A DNA stretch of 64,000 nucleotides from Chloroflexota bacterium (GTDB lineage Bacteria > Chloroflexota > UBA11872 > VXOZ01), in assembly GCA_965208315.1 (NCBI GenBank), contig OZ242329.1, positions 630,913 to 694,912 of the forward strand, given 5' to 3'. Under the pieces are notes generated by a model that ran no database searches, was not told the DNA's origin, and was given only the letters and a program-made list of their open reading frames with translations. The position numbers and the translations under genes were made by a program. How positions within the stretch are numbered: the stretch's first letter is position 1; every line of letters begins with the position of its first letter. Positions 30,232-40,379 of this stretch are shown in pieces.

Positions 30232-32238
30232 TCAAACCCTCATCACCCATACGGGGCTGCTCCAGGCTTGGGCCACGCGGCCGTGGACGAGGTCGCGCTG
30301 GCGGACACGGACGTAGTAGACGGCGCGGTCGGGTGGAGTCTTGTCGGTCCAGCTTAGGTTGAAGTCCAGGGGCCCGCTGCTACCGGGGAACCACTCCTGA
30401 TGGACGACGCTGAAGCCGTCATGCGGTCGGTCGAGGTCAGCGCGCAGAATGTGGATCCAGCGCAGCGGTCCGGTGCCCAGGGCCTCTACATGCACCTCCA
30501 CCAGCTCGCCGGAAGCTATAGAAATCTCGCCGCCCATTGGCTCGCCGTTAACAGAAAACTCCAGATAAATGCGGGATCCTGTGCTCCCATAGGTGCGGCG
30601 GTTGCGGATGGCGTCGAAAACCGCTTCACGAGTTAGCTCAGATGCCCAGACCGCCATGATGCCGAAGCCCTCTTTGCCCGGCTGTGAGCCGTGGTTGTCC
30701 GATGAGCCGATTGTCCCGAGCTTGAGACCCGCCAGCCAGGCATCCACCGTGTAGTTACCGGGATCGCCAGGGCCGTTAAACGTGAAGTCGGAAACATCCA
30801 TGGATAGCGGATGGTCGGGGGCGTACTCTTCGCTCAAACCGTGTGAAGAGTAAATCTCGATGCTGGGGCGAAACCGCGGATCGTGAATGCTCCAATCATG
30901 TTTCACGCCGCCGCCCGGTCGGGCAAAGCCGCCGGTATGGTGCGGTATGGTGAAAATCTCTCCTTCTAGATGCTCGCGCTCTCCCCGCTGCCAGATCTCT
31001 TCCGGATTCTCCTCGTCAATGTAGTGAAGCGGGCCCTGGCCGCTGCGGTAGAAGACATTGTGGTGCCCGTACGGCGCGCCAAAGCTCGCCTCATAGCCCA
31101 GAATTGTCGCGAATTCTCCAGGCGCGTACCACTTTGCTGTATAGGCAACGTTCTGCTGCCAGTCCTCCTGGCTCATGCTGCGCCGGTCGTTATGATCAGT
31201 GGCACTGTAGATATCGAGCAGGGAGGCGTAGCGGGCATAGCGGAAATGATCGTCCCGGGTGCCGGTGCCGTCCCAAGAGTAATTGCTGTGTGAGTGAATG
31301 TCGCCCCAATACAGTCCGCCCTCGGATGATCCATCCGCTGCGGTCACAGCAGCGACTTTACTTGGATTAGAGAGTCCGTACAGTTGTCCGTCATTGGATG
31401 TGCCCCGCAAGCGCAGCGCGCCGACCTCTGTCGGTGTGATCCTAAACCCCCGGCAACCCCAAGTGGCAGCGTCTCCAAGTTTGAGGGGACCTTGGGGCAA
31501 TGTCGCCGCACCCGATTCGACAATCAGATGAACGGCAGTCTCCGGCGCGGGCACCGGATTATGAAATTTGTCCAGCGCGACCATGCGCACGCGCATGTCC
31601 TCGCCGACCGCGCTTCTGGATTCGAGGACAATGAGGAGTTCGACCGGCGGGCCGGGCTCGCTGCTTAGCCAGGGTAGCGCTGCTTCGGGCAAGAGCGCGT
31701 AATCGCCGCTACCTTCAAGATCAACCGCAGCACGCACGCGCTCCGGCGAGCCGGTCCACAAAGGAGGCGTGAAGCCCCGACCGCCGTGGCTCATGTCGCC
31801 ATAGACTATGTTTATAGAGTCACCCGGCTGCAATTCGCCTTCAATTACATTTACCTGCACCGTCCAGGCATACCGGCTTTCAGGCGGATAACCCACGTTG
31901 CGGCGGAACCCTTTCGCATACTCGCCCTCGGTGGCGTCGAGAACCTCGCAGTGCACGTGAACGCCAGGACGGTCGGTGTGCGCTGACTTCGTCGCAGACG
32001 CCGTAACGTAGAAGGGTGCGGTGGGGTCCACACTCTGCACATTGCGGGCAGCGTTGCGCCACCATTGGTGCCAGCGTTCGGGGAGCGCCACCTGTATGCC
32101 ACCGCCGGTAGCAATGCCCGCTGTACCCACCGTATACGTCACCACCCAGGTGCCCCAGGTTCCCGCACGGCCGCTGTTGGGGGTGATTGTGAGCGTACCG
32201 GATTCTAGAGGGTCTTCCAAGGAACGCATGGGCGCCAA
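30232..32238 (-). CDS. PHP-fold DUF3604/CehA-like metallohydrolase (paralogue of 21198..23087)
   Basis: WGDIHSHS, ATDH, GHHNV, IPHH, GSSDNH, RRTYG and AWSSPVW motifs. Confidence 0.85.
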   Translation of the reverse strand: MAPMRSLEDPLESGTLTITPNSGRAGTWGTWVVTYTVGTAGIATGGGIQVALPERWHQWWRNAARNVQSVDPTAPFYVTASATKSAHTDRPGVHVHCEVLDATEGEYAKGFRRNVGYPPESRYAWTVQVNVIEGELQPGDSINIVYGDMSHGGRGFTPPLWTGSPERVRAAVDLEGSGDYALLPEAALPWLSSEPGPPVELLIVLESRSAVGEDMRVRMVALDKFHNPVPAPETAVHLIVESGAATLPQGPLKLGDAATWGCRGFRITPTEVGALRLRGTSNDGQLYGLSNPSKVAAVTAADGSSEGGLYWGDIHSHSNYSWDGTGTRDDHFRYARYASLLDIYSATDHNDRRSMSQEDWQQNVAYTAKWYAPGEFATILGYEASFGAPYGHHNVFYRSGQGPLHYIDEENPEEIWQRGEREHLEGEIFTIPHHTGGFARPGGGVKHDWSIHDPRFRPSIEIYSSHGLSEEYAPDHPLSMDVSDFTFNGPGDPGNYTVDAWLAGLKLGTIGSSDNHGSQPGKEGFGIMAVWASELTREAVFDAIRNRRTYGSTGSRIYLEFSVNGEPMGGEISIASGELVEVHVEALGTGPLRWIHILRADLDRPHDGFSVVHQEWFPGSSGPLDFNLSWTDKTPPDRAVYYVRVRQRDLVHGRVAQAWSSPVWVMRV

Positions 32239-32594
32239 CTTTCCGTAAACAAACTGAATCTCAACTATTGCGATGGATGCCTAAGGATGGCCGCTACGGG
32301 TCGACGCGCCAGGCCAGCTCAAGATTGTCTGCGATTGGCAAGGCAACACTGTTCTATGGAGACTGCGGCCTCCGCGCGTCCTTCACAGGATCATGTCGTG
32401 CTTTCAACTCTTTCTTCAGGTAATTTGACATTCGCAGTGTACATAGCACAATAACAAGTGGCATACGTACGTTCAATGCCTAACGTCGGTGATAGGCGGT
32501 ACCAAGATACCAAGTCAACAGCGGCCACTATGATAGAATCCAATCGGACGACATTGTGAAGCGCTGCACAAGCGGGTTTGAATAGGTTTATATA

Positions 32595-34208
32595 TTGTCA
32601 AGAACACTGACGGAGCAGTCGTCGCCAAAGCAGGCGCAATCCGAGCGTCAAATCGTGTTGTACGATACGACGCTGCGTGACGGCGCGCAGGCCGAAGGTC
32701 TATCGTTCGCTGCCGCGGACAAGCTCAAGATTGCCCGGCGCTTGGATGAGCTTGGCGTCCATTACGTGGAGGGTGGCTATCCAGGTTCCAATCCCAAGGA
32801 CCAGGAATTCTTCCGGTTGGCGCAAGACATCGAGTGGCAGAACATCACGATTACGGCGTTTGGCAGCACGCGGCATAAGTCTACGAGTGTTGAGAACGAC
32901 CCGGGTGTGAAGGCGCTCATAGGCACTGGTACCCGCGCCGTTTGCATCGTGGGCAAGGCGTGGGACCATCACGTAACCGCCGTTCTTGACACGACTCTGG
33001 AGAACAATTTGGCAATGATCGGTGAGACCATTGCCTACCTCAAGCGCCACGGACTGGAAGTTTTCTTTGACGCTGAGCACTTCTTTGATGGGTATCGGGC
33101 CAATCCTGACTATGCTATGGCTGCCTTGCGTGCTGCCAGTGAGGCCGGTGCGGACTGCCTGGTGTTGTGCGACACAAACGGCGGCAGCGTCCCGAACGAT
33201 GTTAGAGACGTAACGCGCCATGTCGTGGCTGAGTTTGACGTGCCCGTTGGCATCCACGTGCACAACGACGCCGACTTGGCTACCGCCAATACCCTGGCGG
33301 CAGTGGAGTGTGGTGCTTCGCACGTTCAGGGCACGGTGAATGGCGTCGGTGAACGTTGCGGCAATGCTAATCTGTGCGCGGTGATTCCCAATCTTCAGCT
33401 CAAGCTTGGTTATACGGCAATTCAACCCGACCAGTTGCAGCATCTTTCCGACGTGGCGCGCTTTGTCAGCGAAATCGCCAACATGGCGCTCAATCCCTTT
33501 ATGCCATATGTCGGACACTCCGCCTTCGCCCATAAGGCCGGATATCACGCCGATGGCATGGCCAAGAGCCAGATAGCCTACCAGCATGTTGATCCCGCAC
33601 TCGTTGGCAATGAAATGCGCGTGCTCATTTCTGAATTGAGCGGACGCAGCAGCGTGCTTTCGCGTGCCGAACGCTTGGGATTGCGTCTATCGCGCCAAAG
33701 CGAAGACCTCCACGGCCTGGTGGAGGAGATTAAAGAGCTGGAACAACGCGGATTTCAGTTTGAAGGCGCAGAGGCGTCGTTCGAACTGCTGATCAAGCGC
33801 CGCCAGCCGGATTACACGCCACCGTTCTCACTGTTGGACTTTCTCGTTTTGGTAGAAACGCGCGGCGGGCAGAGCATTCTCTCCGAGGCGACGGTCAAGA
33901 TTCAGGTTGGTGATGAGGTCCAGCACACTGCCGCCGAAGGAAACGGGCCGGTTAACGCTTTGGATACGGCGATGCGCAAGGCTTTGATCTTTGCCTATCC
34001 GCAGTTGAGGCAGGTGCGGCTTCTGGACTATAAAGTGCGCGTGCTCGATGAAAGCAGCGCGACAGCAGCAGGCGTGCGCGTGATGATTGAGAGCACCAAC
34101 GGTCACACCGAGTGGAGCACCGTGGGGAGTTCCACGAACATCATCGAGGCGAGCTACTCCGCGCTGGCCGATTCCCTGGAATACGCAATCCTCGTGACAG
34201 ACCAATAG
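32595..34208 (+). CDS. cimA: Citramalate synthase (LeuA-family)
   Basis: YDTTLRDGAQ, GYPGSNPKD, DAEHFFDG, LCDTNGG, GERCGNA, FEGAEASFE and GNGPVNALD motifs. Start codon uncertain. Confidence 0.9.
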   Translation: MSRTLTEQSSPKQAQSERQIVLYDTTLRDGAQAEGLSFAAADKLKIARRLDELGVHYVEGGYPGSNPKDQEFFRLAQDIEWQNITITAFGSTRHKSTSVENDPGVKALIGTGTRAVCIVGKAWDHHVTAVLDTTLENNLAMIGETIAYLKRHGLEVFFDAEHFFDGYRANPDYAMAALRAASEAGADCLVLCDTNGGSVPNDVRDVTRHVVAEFDVPVGIHVHNDADLATANTLAAVECGASHVQGTVNGVGERCGNANLCAVIPNLQLKLGYTAIQPDQLQHLSDVARFVSEIANMALNPFMPYVGHSAFAHKAGYHADGMAKSQIAYQHVDPALVGNEMRVLISELSGRSSVLSRAERLGLRLSRQSEDLHGLVEEIKELEQRGFQFEGAEASFELLIKRRQPDYTPPFSLLDFLVLVETRGGQSILSEATVKIQVGDEVQHTAAEGNGPVNALDTAMRKALIFAYPQLRQVRLLDYKVRVLDESSATAAGVRVMIESTNGHTEWSTVGSSTNIIEASYSALADSLEYAILVTDQ

Positions 34209-34229
34209 CCTCGATACAAAGGCAGGCGG

Positions 34230-35861
34230 ATGTCACTGAATGTAGGCCGCTGCGCGACAGAACCCGGCACGCTGGCCGCGGAGACATTCGATTTGGTCGT
34301 GTACGGCGGCACGTCGGCCGGCGTAGCGGCTGCCGTCCAAGCCAGCCGGCTGGGCCGGTCGGTGGTGCTTGTGGCGCCGGAGCGCCATCTCGGCGGCCTC
34401 TCTGCCAGCGGCCTCGGTTATACCGATTCCGGCAACACGGCCGTAATCGGTGGCCTCGCCCGCGAGTTTTACCACCGCATCTGGGAGCACTACGAGTCTT
34501 CCGATGCCTGGAAGTGGCAACTCCGCGAGGATTACGGCAACCAAGGCCAAGGCACGCCCGCAGTCGACGGCGCGCAGCGGACGATGTGGATCTTCGAGCC
34601 GCATGTTGCGGACAAGGTCTTTGAGAATCTCGTCGCAGAGCACCGCATCGACGTGCGGCGTGACGAGTGGCTGGACCGCGAGAACGGAGTGGTCCTGCAG
34701 GGCGGCCGCATCCGGAGCATCGCGACCGTCAGCGGGTCCACCTTCGCGGGTTCAGCCTTCATCGACGCGACCTATGAGGGAGACCTCATGGCGGCAGCCG
34801 GCGTCTCGTACCGGGTTGGACGCGAAGGAACCAAAGCATTCGGCGAGGAATGGGCGGGCGTGCAAAAGGACGCCCGCCACCATCGCCACCATTTTCCCGA
34901 TGGAGTGGACCCTTATCGCGTCCCTGGCGATCCGTCGAGCGGCTTGTTGCCGCGCATCAGTCCGGAACCACCGGGCGCGGACGGGCACGGGGATTGCCGC
35001 ATCCAGGCCTACGGCTTCCGCATGTGCCTCACCAAGGTGCCCGATAACCGCGTACCGTTTGCCAAGCCGGACGCCTACGATCCGCGACAGTACGAACTGC
35101 TGCTCCGTGTTCTCGATACGGGTTGGCGGGAGACGTTCCGGAAGTTCGACCCGATCCCGAACGCCAAGGTGGATGCAAACAACCACGGGCCCTTCAGCAC
35201 AGACAACATCGGGATGAACTACCCGTACCCGGAAGGTTCCTACGAGGTCCGGGAGAAGATCGTCCGGGAGCACGCGAGCTACCAGAAGGGACTATTTTAT
35301 TTTCTGGCCAACGAACTCCGCGTGCCCAGGGATGTTCGGGCTGAATTCGCCCAGTGGGGACTTGCCCGCGACGAATTCACCGACAACGGCAACTGGCCCC
35401 ACCAGATTTACGTGCGGGAAGCGCGCCGGCTGAACGGCGAGTTTGTCATGACCGAGCACGAGTGCCTCGCCAAACGGGAAGTGCCGGACCCGGTCGGGAT
35501 GGGCTCGTACGTCATGGACTCGCACAACGTGCAGCGCTACGTCACGGACCAGGGATACGTTCAGAACGAAGGGGACATTGGCGTGAAGCCGTTGCGCCCG
35601 TACCAAATCGCATATGGATCGCTGACACCGCAGCGGGAGGAAGTGACTAACCTGCTCGTCCCGGTCTGTGTCTCCTCGTCGCATATCGCCTATGGATCGA
35701 TCCGCATGGAACCGGTGTTCATGATCCTGGGGCAGTCCGCCGCGACGGCGGCGGCGCTCGCCCTCCAGCACGGAATTCCTGTGCAGGACGTCGACTACGC
35801 GGAACTGCGCGCCCGACTGACCCAGGACGGCCAGATCCTGGAATTCTCGCCCGCGCAGTGA
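34230..35861 (+). CDS. FAD-dependent oxidoreductase (FAD_oxidored family)
   Basis: VVYGGTSAG, FIDATYEGDL, YVREARR and HIAYGSIRMEP motifs. Confidence 0.88.
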   Translation: MSLNVGRCATEPGTLAAETFDLVVYGGTSAGVAAAVQASRLGRSVVLVAPERHLGGLSASGLGYTDSGNTAVIGGLAREFYHRIWEHYESSDAWKWQLREDYGNQGQGTPAVDGAQRTMWIFEPHVADKVFENLVAEHRIDVRRDEWLDRENGVVLQGGRIRSIATVSGSTFAGSAFIDATYEGDLMAAAGVSYRVGREGTKAFGEEWAGVQKDARHHRHHFPDGVDPYRVPGDPSSGLLPRISPEPPGADGHGDCRIQAYGFRMCLTKVPDNRVPFAKPDAYDPRQYELLLRVLDTGWRETFRKFDPIPNAKVDANNHGPFSTDNIGMNYPYPEGSYEVREKIVREHASYQKGLFYFLANELRVPRDVRAEFAQWGLARDEFTDNGNWPHQIYVREARRLNGEFVMTEHECLAKREVPDPVGMGSYVMDSHNVQRYVTDQGYVQNEGDIGVKPLRPYQIAYGSLTPQREEVTNLLVPVCVSSSHIAYGSIRMEPVFMILGQSAATAAALALQHGIPVQDVDYAELRARLTQDGQILEFSPAQ

Positions 35862-35939
35862 CCAGACTGGGAGGGTGTCCTGCGCTGCGCCCGAAGCGGG
35901 TTCGCCGAGCCAGCTTTCTAGCTTAAGGGGTCGCCTGCT

Positions 35940-37154
35940 TTACGGAGCAGGAGCGCTGGAGGTTTGCTGCATGCGCGCCACCCATTGCTCTGGCGCATTG
36001 ATCTCATCCAACGTAGGCATGGCGTGTTCAGATTCCCACACGCGGTTGAGAAACGGCATGCTTTCTTCACTGACAACGTGCCGCACAAAGCGCTCGCCGA
36101 GACGATATTGCGCCAGCTTGAGGTCAAATCCAAGTAATCGCATAAGGGCACGTTCCAATGAACCGCGTTTGCGCTCATCCAGTCGTTTCCGCATGGCGGG
36201 AAAACCGGATATGAGTTGTTCGCCGAGCTCGTCCATGATGTAGTTGCTGTACCCCTCCACGAGGCTCATCACGCCCTGCACGCGGACGAGCATTTCCCGT
36301 TGCTCCGGCGTTGCGAGGAGTCCCATCAACCCACCGAGTTGCTCGCGATCGTCACTTGCCTCAGCTCCAGGCAACAACATGGCTCGCAGCGGGTGTTGGG
36401 ATTCACGGAGCAGTTCGCGGAAGCTTTCGACGTACGACTCGATCAGGCTCCCAAGATAGCCCGCCAGCCACGGCGCCACTTGAAACTGAATTGCGTGGGT
36501 AGTCTCGTGGAGCGCAATCCAGAGCCGGAACGCATCCGGCGGGATCTCCAGCCGTTGCTGTAGGCGGCGAATGTTGGGCTCGACAAAGTAGATGCGGCTT
36601 GTCGGCTCAGAATCTGTGCTCTCCTCGGTAGTGGGTGGCGCTAAGAACGGCATGTCGAATTGCCCCAAGACATTCCGGGAAAGAAATCCCAGCACAATGC
36701 CCATTTGTGCTGAGAGTGTGAGTTGCATGCTGCCGTGAGCAAGCCGGAACAGCGTGCTGCTATTCGCGCCGACGCTGTCGAGGTACACGTCTTCCAGCGG
36801 TTGCAACAAGCGTTGCACGGTACCGAGATTGCGCTGGACCCAGAGGGGACGGTCCAGCACTTCTACTTCATGGTCATTGGAGAACGTGGAAAGTTGAATG
36901 AACGGGGTGATTTGCTCGTGGCTGAGGCGCACGAGCGCCTGATAGTCTGCAAGCAGAGCGTCTCTCGCCTGCGCCGGTAGCACACTATCGGGATTCCGCG
37001 CGGCAATTCGGAACGCAATCCGCTCGGCACGCCGCCAATCGATGATGTCGGGCTGGACGCGCGCAGCAAGTTTGCGGGCAATGATGTAGCCCCCACTGAG
37101 AAGCGCACCAAGCACGACGCCGTACAGCGCTGCTTTTTGCTGGCCGCGCGTCAC
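35940..37154 (-). CDS. Zincin-like zinc-dependent metalloprotease (Zincin_2 family)
   Basis: VLGQFD, WIALHETTHAIQF, MSLVEGY and KLAQYRLGERFV motifs. Confidence 0.85.
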   Translation of the reverse strand: MTRGQQKAALYGVVLGALLSGGYIIARKLAARVQPDIIDWRRAERIAFRIAARNPDSVLPAQARDALLADYQALVRLSHEQITPFIQLSTFSNDHEVEVLDRPLWVQRNLGTVQRLLQPLEDVYLDSVGANSSTLFRLAHGSMQLTLSAQMGIVLGFLSRNVLGQFDMPFLAPPTTEESTDSEPTSRIYFVEPNIRRLQQRLEIPPDAFRLWIALHETTHAIQFQVAPWLAGYLGSLIESYVESFRELLRESQHPLRAMLLPGAEASDDREQLGGLMGLLATPEQREMLVRVQGVMSLVEGYSNYIMDELGEQLISGFPAMRKRLDERKRGSLERALMRLLGFDLKLAQYRLGERFVRHVVSEESMPFLNRVWESEHAMPTLDEINAPEQWVARMQQTSSAPAP

Positions 37155-37248
37155 GGTACCACCATGCGCGGCGCGAGTCTTAGCCGCTCATCAGAGTTAA
37201 TTTTGGGTATCAATTGAGCCTCCCTTGCTCAGGGCGCATCTAAATGTA

Positions 37249-37275
37249 ACATACCCGCGGCGAGCGCGGGTATGT
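37249..37275 (-). terminator. Probable intrinsic terminator downstream of the DUF5069-like gene
   Basis: Perfect 11-bp stem ACATACCCGCG/CGCGGGTATGT with a 5-nt loop. Confidence 0.5.
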
Positions 37276-37375
37276 GCTTTGTCTCTCAACCGGCGTGGGC
37301 AAGCTGCATTCACTAGCGGCCAACCGGCAGCACGCGACGCATAGCTTCGCGAAGTGTCCCAACCATAATTGCGGT

Positions 37376-37645
37376 TCAGGTGGGCGTTGCCACGGTCTCT
37401 TTGCCGGAGGCCTCTTTTACCTTGGCGGCAAGCTCACTGTCGGTGCCGGCCTCAACCGCAATCTGCATGAACTCTTCCGAACTCATGCCAAGATCGCGCA
37501 GGACCTGCTGATCCATGGGGCAGGGATAGATATACTCGCCAATGTAACCGCCATGCTGGGCGCGGGCTTTGTCGGCCATGCGGCCAACCCATTCAAGACC
37601 GTCGATCACGATTTCGCGTCCACGCGGTTGCCATTCCTCTGCCAT
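37376..37645 (-). CDS. DUF5069-like small protein
   Basis: PRGR...WVGRMADKARA...GEYIYPCPMDQ; AGGAG RBS. Confidence 0.75.
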   Translation of the reverse strand: MAEEWQPRGREIVIDGLEWVGRMADKARAQHGGYIGEYIYPCPMDQQVLRDLGMSSEEFMQIAVEAGTDSELAAKVKEASGKETVATPT

Positions 37646-37665
37646 CGGATTCTCCTTCCTCGATG

Positions 37666-38715
37666 TCATTCAGTTAACTCGATCGCAAATACTGTGGCCA
37701 ACAACGACCGTACCGGCTCTGCGGGAGACTTGGGCGCGAGCGGAAAGAGCGCCAGATGCATTGCTTGCCGCAGCCTTTCCCCCAGCACCGTGTTTTGGGA
37801 GGAAGGTGTGCCAAGCTTCCCGTCGAACAGCAATCGTGCCGCCTCGCTCCACAGCAATAAGTGATGCATATCCAACTGTGCGCTATCAATGCATCCACTT
37901 TCAACGTACCACCGCTCTTCCCCGTGGGTCAAGAGCGATGCAAGTGGCTGCGATTCAGTGTTTGCCGCCACGGCAGCGGCATACTGCGCCAGGCGCGCTT
38001 CCGGCCAGTCGAGGCCAATGACGGCAAAATCGAGAAACCATACCTGAGCGCCGTCCGTGAGCACGTTGCGGGGCGTGCAGTCGCGGCCGCCGAATGTCAG
38101 ACGACCGTCGCATAGAGAGTCCGCCATTGCTTTCAATGCCGCTTGCAACGCAGGTTTCCAGCCCTTTGGCACCGCGAGATTGCAATGATCCGCGAGCCGC
38201 GCGTATGTTTCCGGCGCGCTCCGGCAGCGCTCGCGCACTTCCGCTTGGCGGCGCTGCGGCTCGCCGGTTGAGCGGAGCGGGAGCCGTTCGGCGATGCCTA
38301 CGAATGCCGTTTCAAGGGCAACGCAGCCTCGCAGCAAGCTTTGCGCCAACTCACACAGTGCGTGTTCCTTGCGCTGCTGAGGTACATTCACTGCAGAAAT
38401 CGCCGCTGCAAGTGTGCGTTGTCCTACCCATTCTGAAGTCAATATCCCCAGATGGGGGTCCCAATGGTGCGGTCGCACGACTGGCGCGCCAAGAGTGTAC
38501 AGCATTTTAAGCACACCAAACTCGACCTCTCCCGCCCCGGCGTGTATGTGTTTCTTGACCGCAATCTGCTTGCCGGAAGCAAGGATCGCATGCCAAACTG
38601 CCGCACCCTGGGCGCCCCCTCCCGGCACCGGACACAACGATTGGAGCGGGCCCAGCGACGATTCTAGGTAATGCTGTAGTGCTTGGGCGAAATCGCTTGC
38701 GGGCATCTGAGCCAC
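37666..38715 (-). CDS. APH/kinase-like phosphotransferase family protein
   Basis: IAVKK, RDCTPRNVL and FLDF kinase-fold motifs. Confidence 0.7.
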   Translation of the reverse strand: MAQMPASDFAQALQHYLESSLGPLQSLCPVPGGGAQGAAVWHAILASGKQIAVKKHIHAGAGEVEFGVLKMLYTLGAPVVRPHHWDPHLGILTSEWVGQRTLAAAISAVNVPQQRKEHALCELAQSLLRGCVALETAFVGIAERLPLRSTGEPQRRQAEVRERCRSAPETYARLADHCNLAVPKGWKPALQAALKAMADSLCDGRLTFGGRDCTPRNVLTDGAQVWFLDFAVIGLDWPEARLAQYAAAVAANTESQPLASLLTHGEERWYVESGCIDSAQLDMHHLLLWSEAARLLFDGKLGTPSSQNTVLGERLRQAMHLALFPLAPKSPAEPVRSLLATVFAIELTE

Positions 38716-38824
38716 CGTGAACTGCTACTGGCTGTGCATGTGTATGGACCGCCAAGCAGAGGGATTTTCAAGTTGAGGAGCAAGGGGTTCGTGAAATGTG
38801 GGTGCGGGAACGGGAGTTTCTTGT

Positions 38825-38860
38825 CTTTTGTTCGCTATATTTGGCCTATGGTACCATCAC
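38825..38860 (+). repeat. 36-bp direct repeat, copy 1
   Basis: CTTTTGTTCGCTATATTTGGCCTATGGTACCATCAC; 32/36 identical to 40292..40327. Confidence 0.85.
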
Positions 38861-39087
38861 CCTGGTGAAACTGACGGCGTAGCCGATGTCTCGCTGCCGG
38901 TCGGCGTCGGGGAGATGCAGAAGAGGCAAGGGGCACGCCATCCTTGGCAGCGAACCAGACATCATTGACTATGTAGCCGGGCCGGGTGAACACCACATTC
39001 CCGGATAGGCGCAGTACGGGTGGCCAAGAATTCGATGGAAAACTCAAGTTCAGATGTAACGTGAGGTGACTCAACAGCAGGTTGGTC

Positions 39088-40158
39088 ATGCCGGGTCTTA
39101 TCAACGATCCAGAATACCTTGACCCCGGGTGGCTCACCAACCGGTTGTCCGAACGGGGATATCTTCCCGCTGGCGAGGTACGCTGCATTACGCCCGGAAA
39201 GTCATTCGAATCGACCGCTGCCTTCCTCACCCCCCTCAGTGTCACCTATTCGCGTGATGCTCCGGCCTTGGCTCCTCGTCGGCTCATGATAAAGATCTAT
39301 CGTAAAGATTGGTATGGCGGCGGGTTGGCCGAAGCGGTGTTCTATCAAGAGTTCGTCGCTGCCATGCCGGTTGCACCGGTAGTGTCCTGTTACGACATTA
39401 CTATCGTTCCCGAGCGTCACTACTGCCGCTTTGTATTTCAAGACATCTCGAAGACTCATGCTCCGCCGTCGGGCACTCCCAGTCAGGCACAGCTCGAAGA
39501 GATTGTCGATGGATTACTGCAATTTCACACGCAATGGTGGGAACATCCCCGCATCAGCCGCAGCGACTTTCTCGGCCAGGCCGGCGGTCCGTTGCGCATG
39601 GTCCATGCTACCAAAGAGGCGACGTTTCTCACCTACTGTCAGCACATCGCAAATCGCTTTAGGGTCTTTGCCGATGATCTCGGGGACGAACTCCCCAGTG
39701 AGTGGCGGCAACTCTGTGAGCGAGTAATCGCAGCTTGGCCCAGTTTGTTCCTCAACCGGATTTCGGCTGGCAAGTCCCTCACGTTCATCCACGGCGACTT
39801 CGGTCTGTGGAACATCTACTTGCCGCGCGATCCCGAGACACATCGACTCTGCTTTCTGGACTGGGAAACGTACAAGCGCAGCCTCGGTGTCTACGATCTA
39901 GCGTACATGCTCATTACGGCCGATTATTTGGGTGATTGCGATATGCGGAACCAGGTGGAAGCCCAGTTGCTGCGCCGGTACCACGATGGGCTGCTGGCAA
40001 ACGGTGTCACCAATTACGATTGGGACGATTGCACGTACGATTATCGTCTCTCCGTCGTTGCAAATCTGTTCCCTCCAGTGGGCTGGCAGCGGCTCGGGGC
40101 TCTGCAGACAGCTATCACCGCCTTCCATAAATGGGGTTGTGCTGATTTGCTCCACTGA
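39088..40158 (+). CDS. Aminoglycoside/ecdysteroid-kinase-like phosphotransferase
   Basis: EAVFY, FIHGDFGLWN, FLDWE and DLAY motifs. Confidence 0.85.
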   Translation: MPGLINDPEYLDPGWLTNRLSERGYLPAGEVRCITPGKSFESTAAFLTPLSVTYSRDAPALAPRRLMIKIYRKDWYGGGLAEAVFYQEFVAAMPVAPVVSCYDITIVPERHYCRFVFQDISKTHAPPSGTPSQAQLEEIVDGLLQFHTQWWEHPRISRSDFLGQAGGPLRMVHATKEATFLTYCQHIANRFRVFADDLGDELPSEWRQLCERVIAAWPSLFLNRISAGKSLTFIHGDFGLWNIYLPRDPETHRLCFLDWETYKRSLGVYDLAYMLITADYLGDCDMRNQVEAQLLRRYHDGLLANGVTNYDWDDCTYDYRLSVVANLFPPVGWQRLGALQTAITAFHKWGCADLLH

Positions 40159-40291
40159 ACCAATCGCTTTGTGAAGCCTTGACCACAGTTCTTCCAAGTA
40201 CTCCTCATGGGTATTCTCATGGTGTAAATCCATGGGGATTCCCAACTAATGAAGAGCATTAGCCCTCGCATATATGCGCAGGAGATTTCGC

Positions 40292-40327
40292 CTTTTGTTC
40301 GGGGTATTTGGCCTATGGTATCATCAC
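40292..40327 (+). repeat. 36-bp direct repeat, copy 2 (contains the putative extended -10 of glcD)
   Basis: CTTTTGTTCGGGGTATTTGGCCTATGGTATCATCAC; TG-G-TATCAT about 55 bp upstream of the glcD ATG. Confidence 0.85.
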
Positions 40328-40379
40328 AGTGATAAGCGGGCGGCAGTGAGAAGGCAAGCATCGAGTGCAGGGGTGCGCT

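Noticed and set aside
32240-32594. Leader-peptide attenuator or T-box upstream of cimA
   Set aside because: No Ile/Leu/Val-rich short ORF, T-box motif or terminator found; only promoter-like hexamers.
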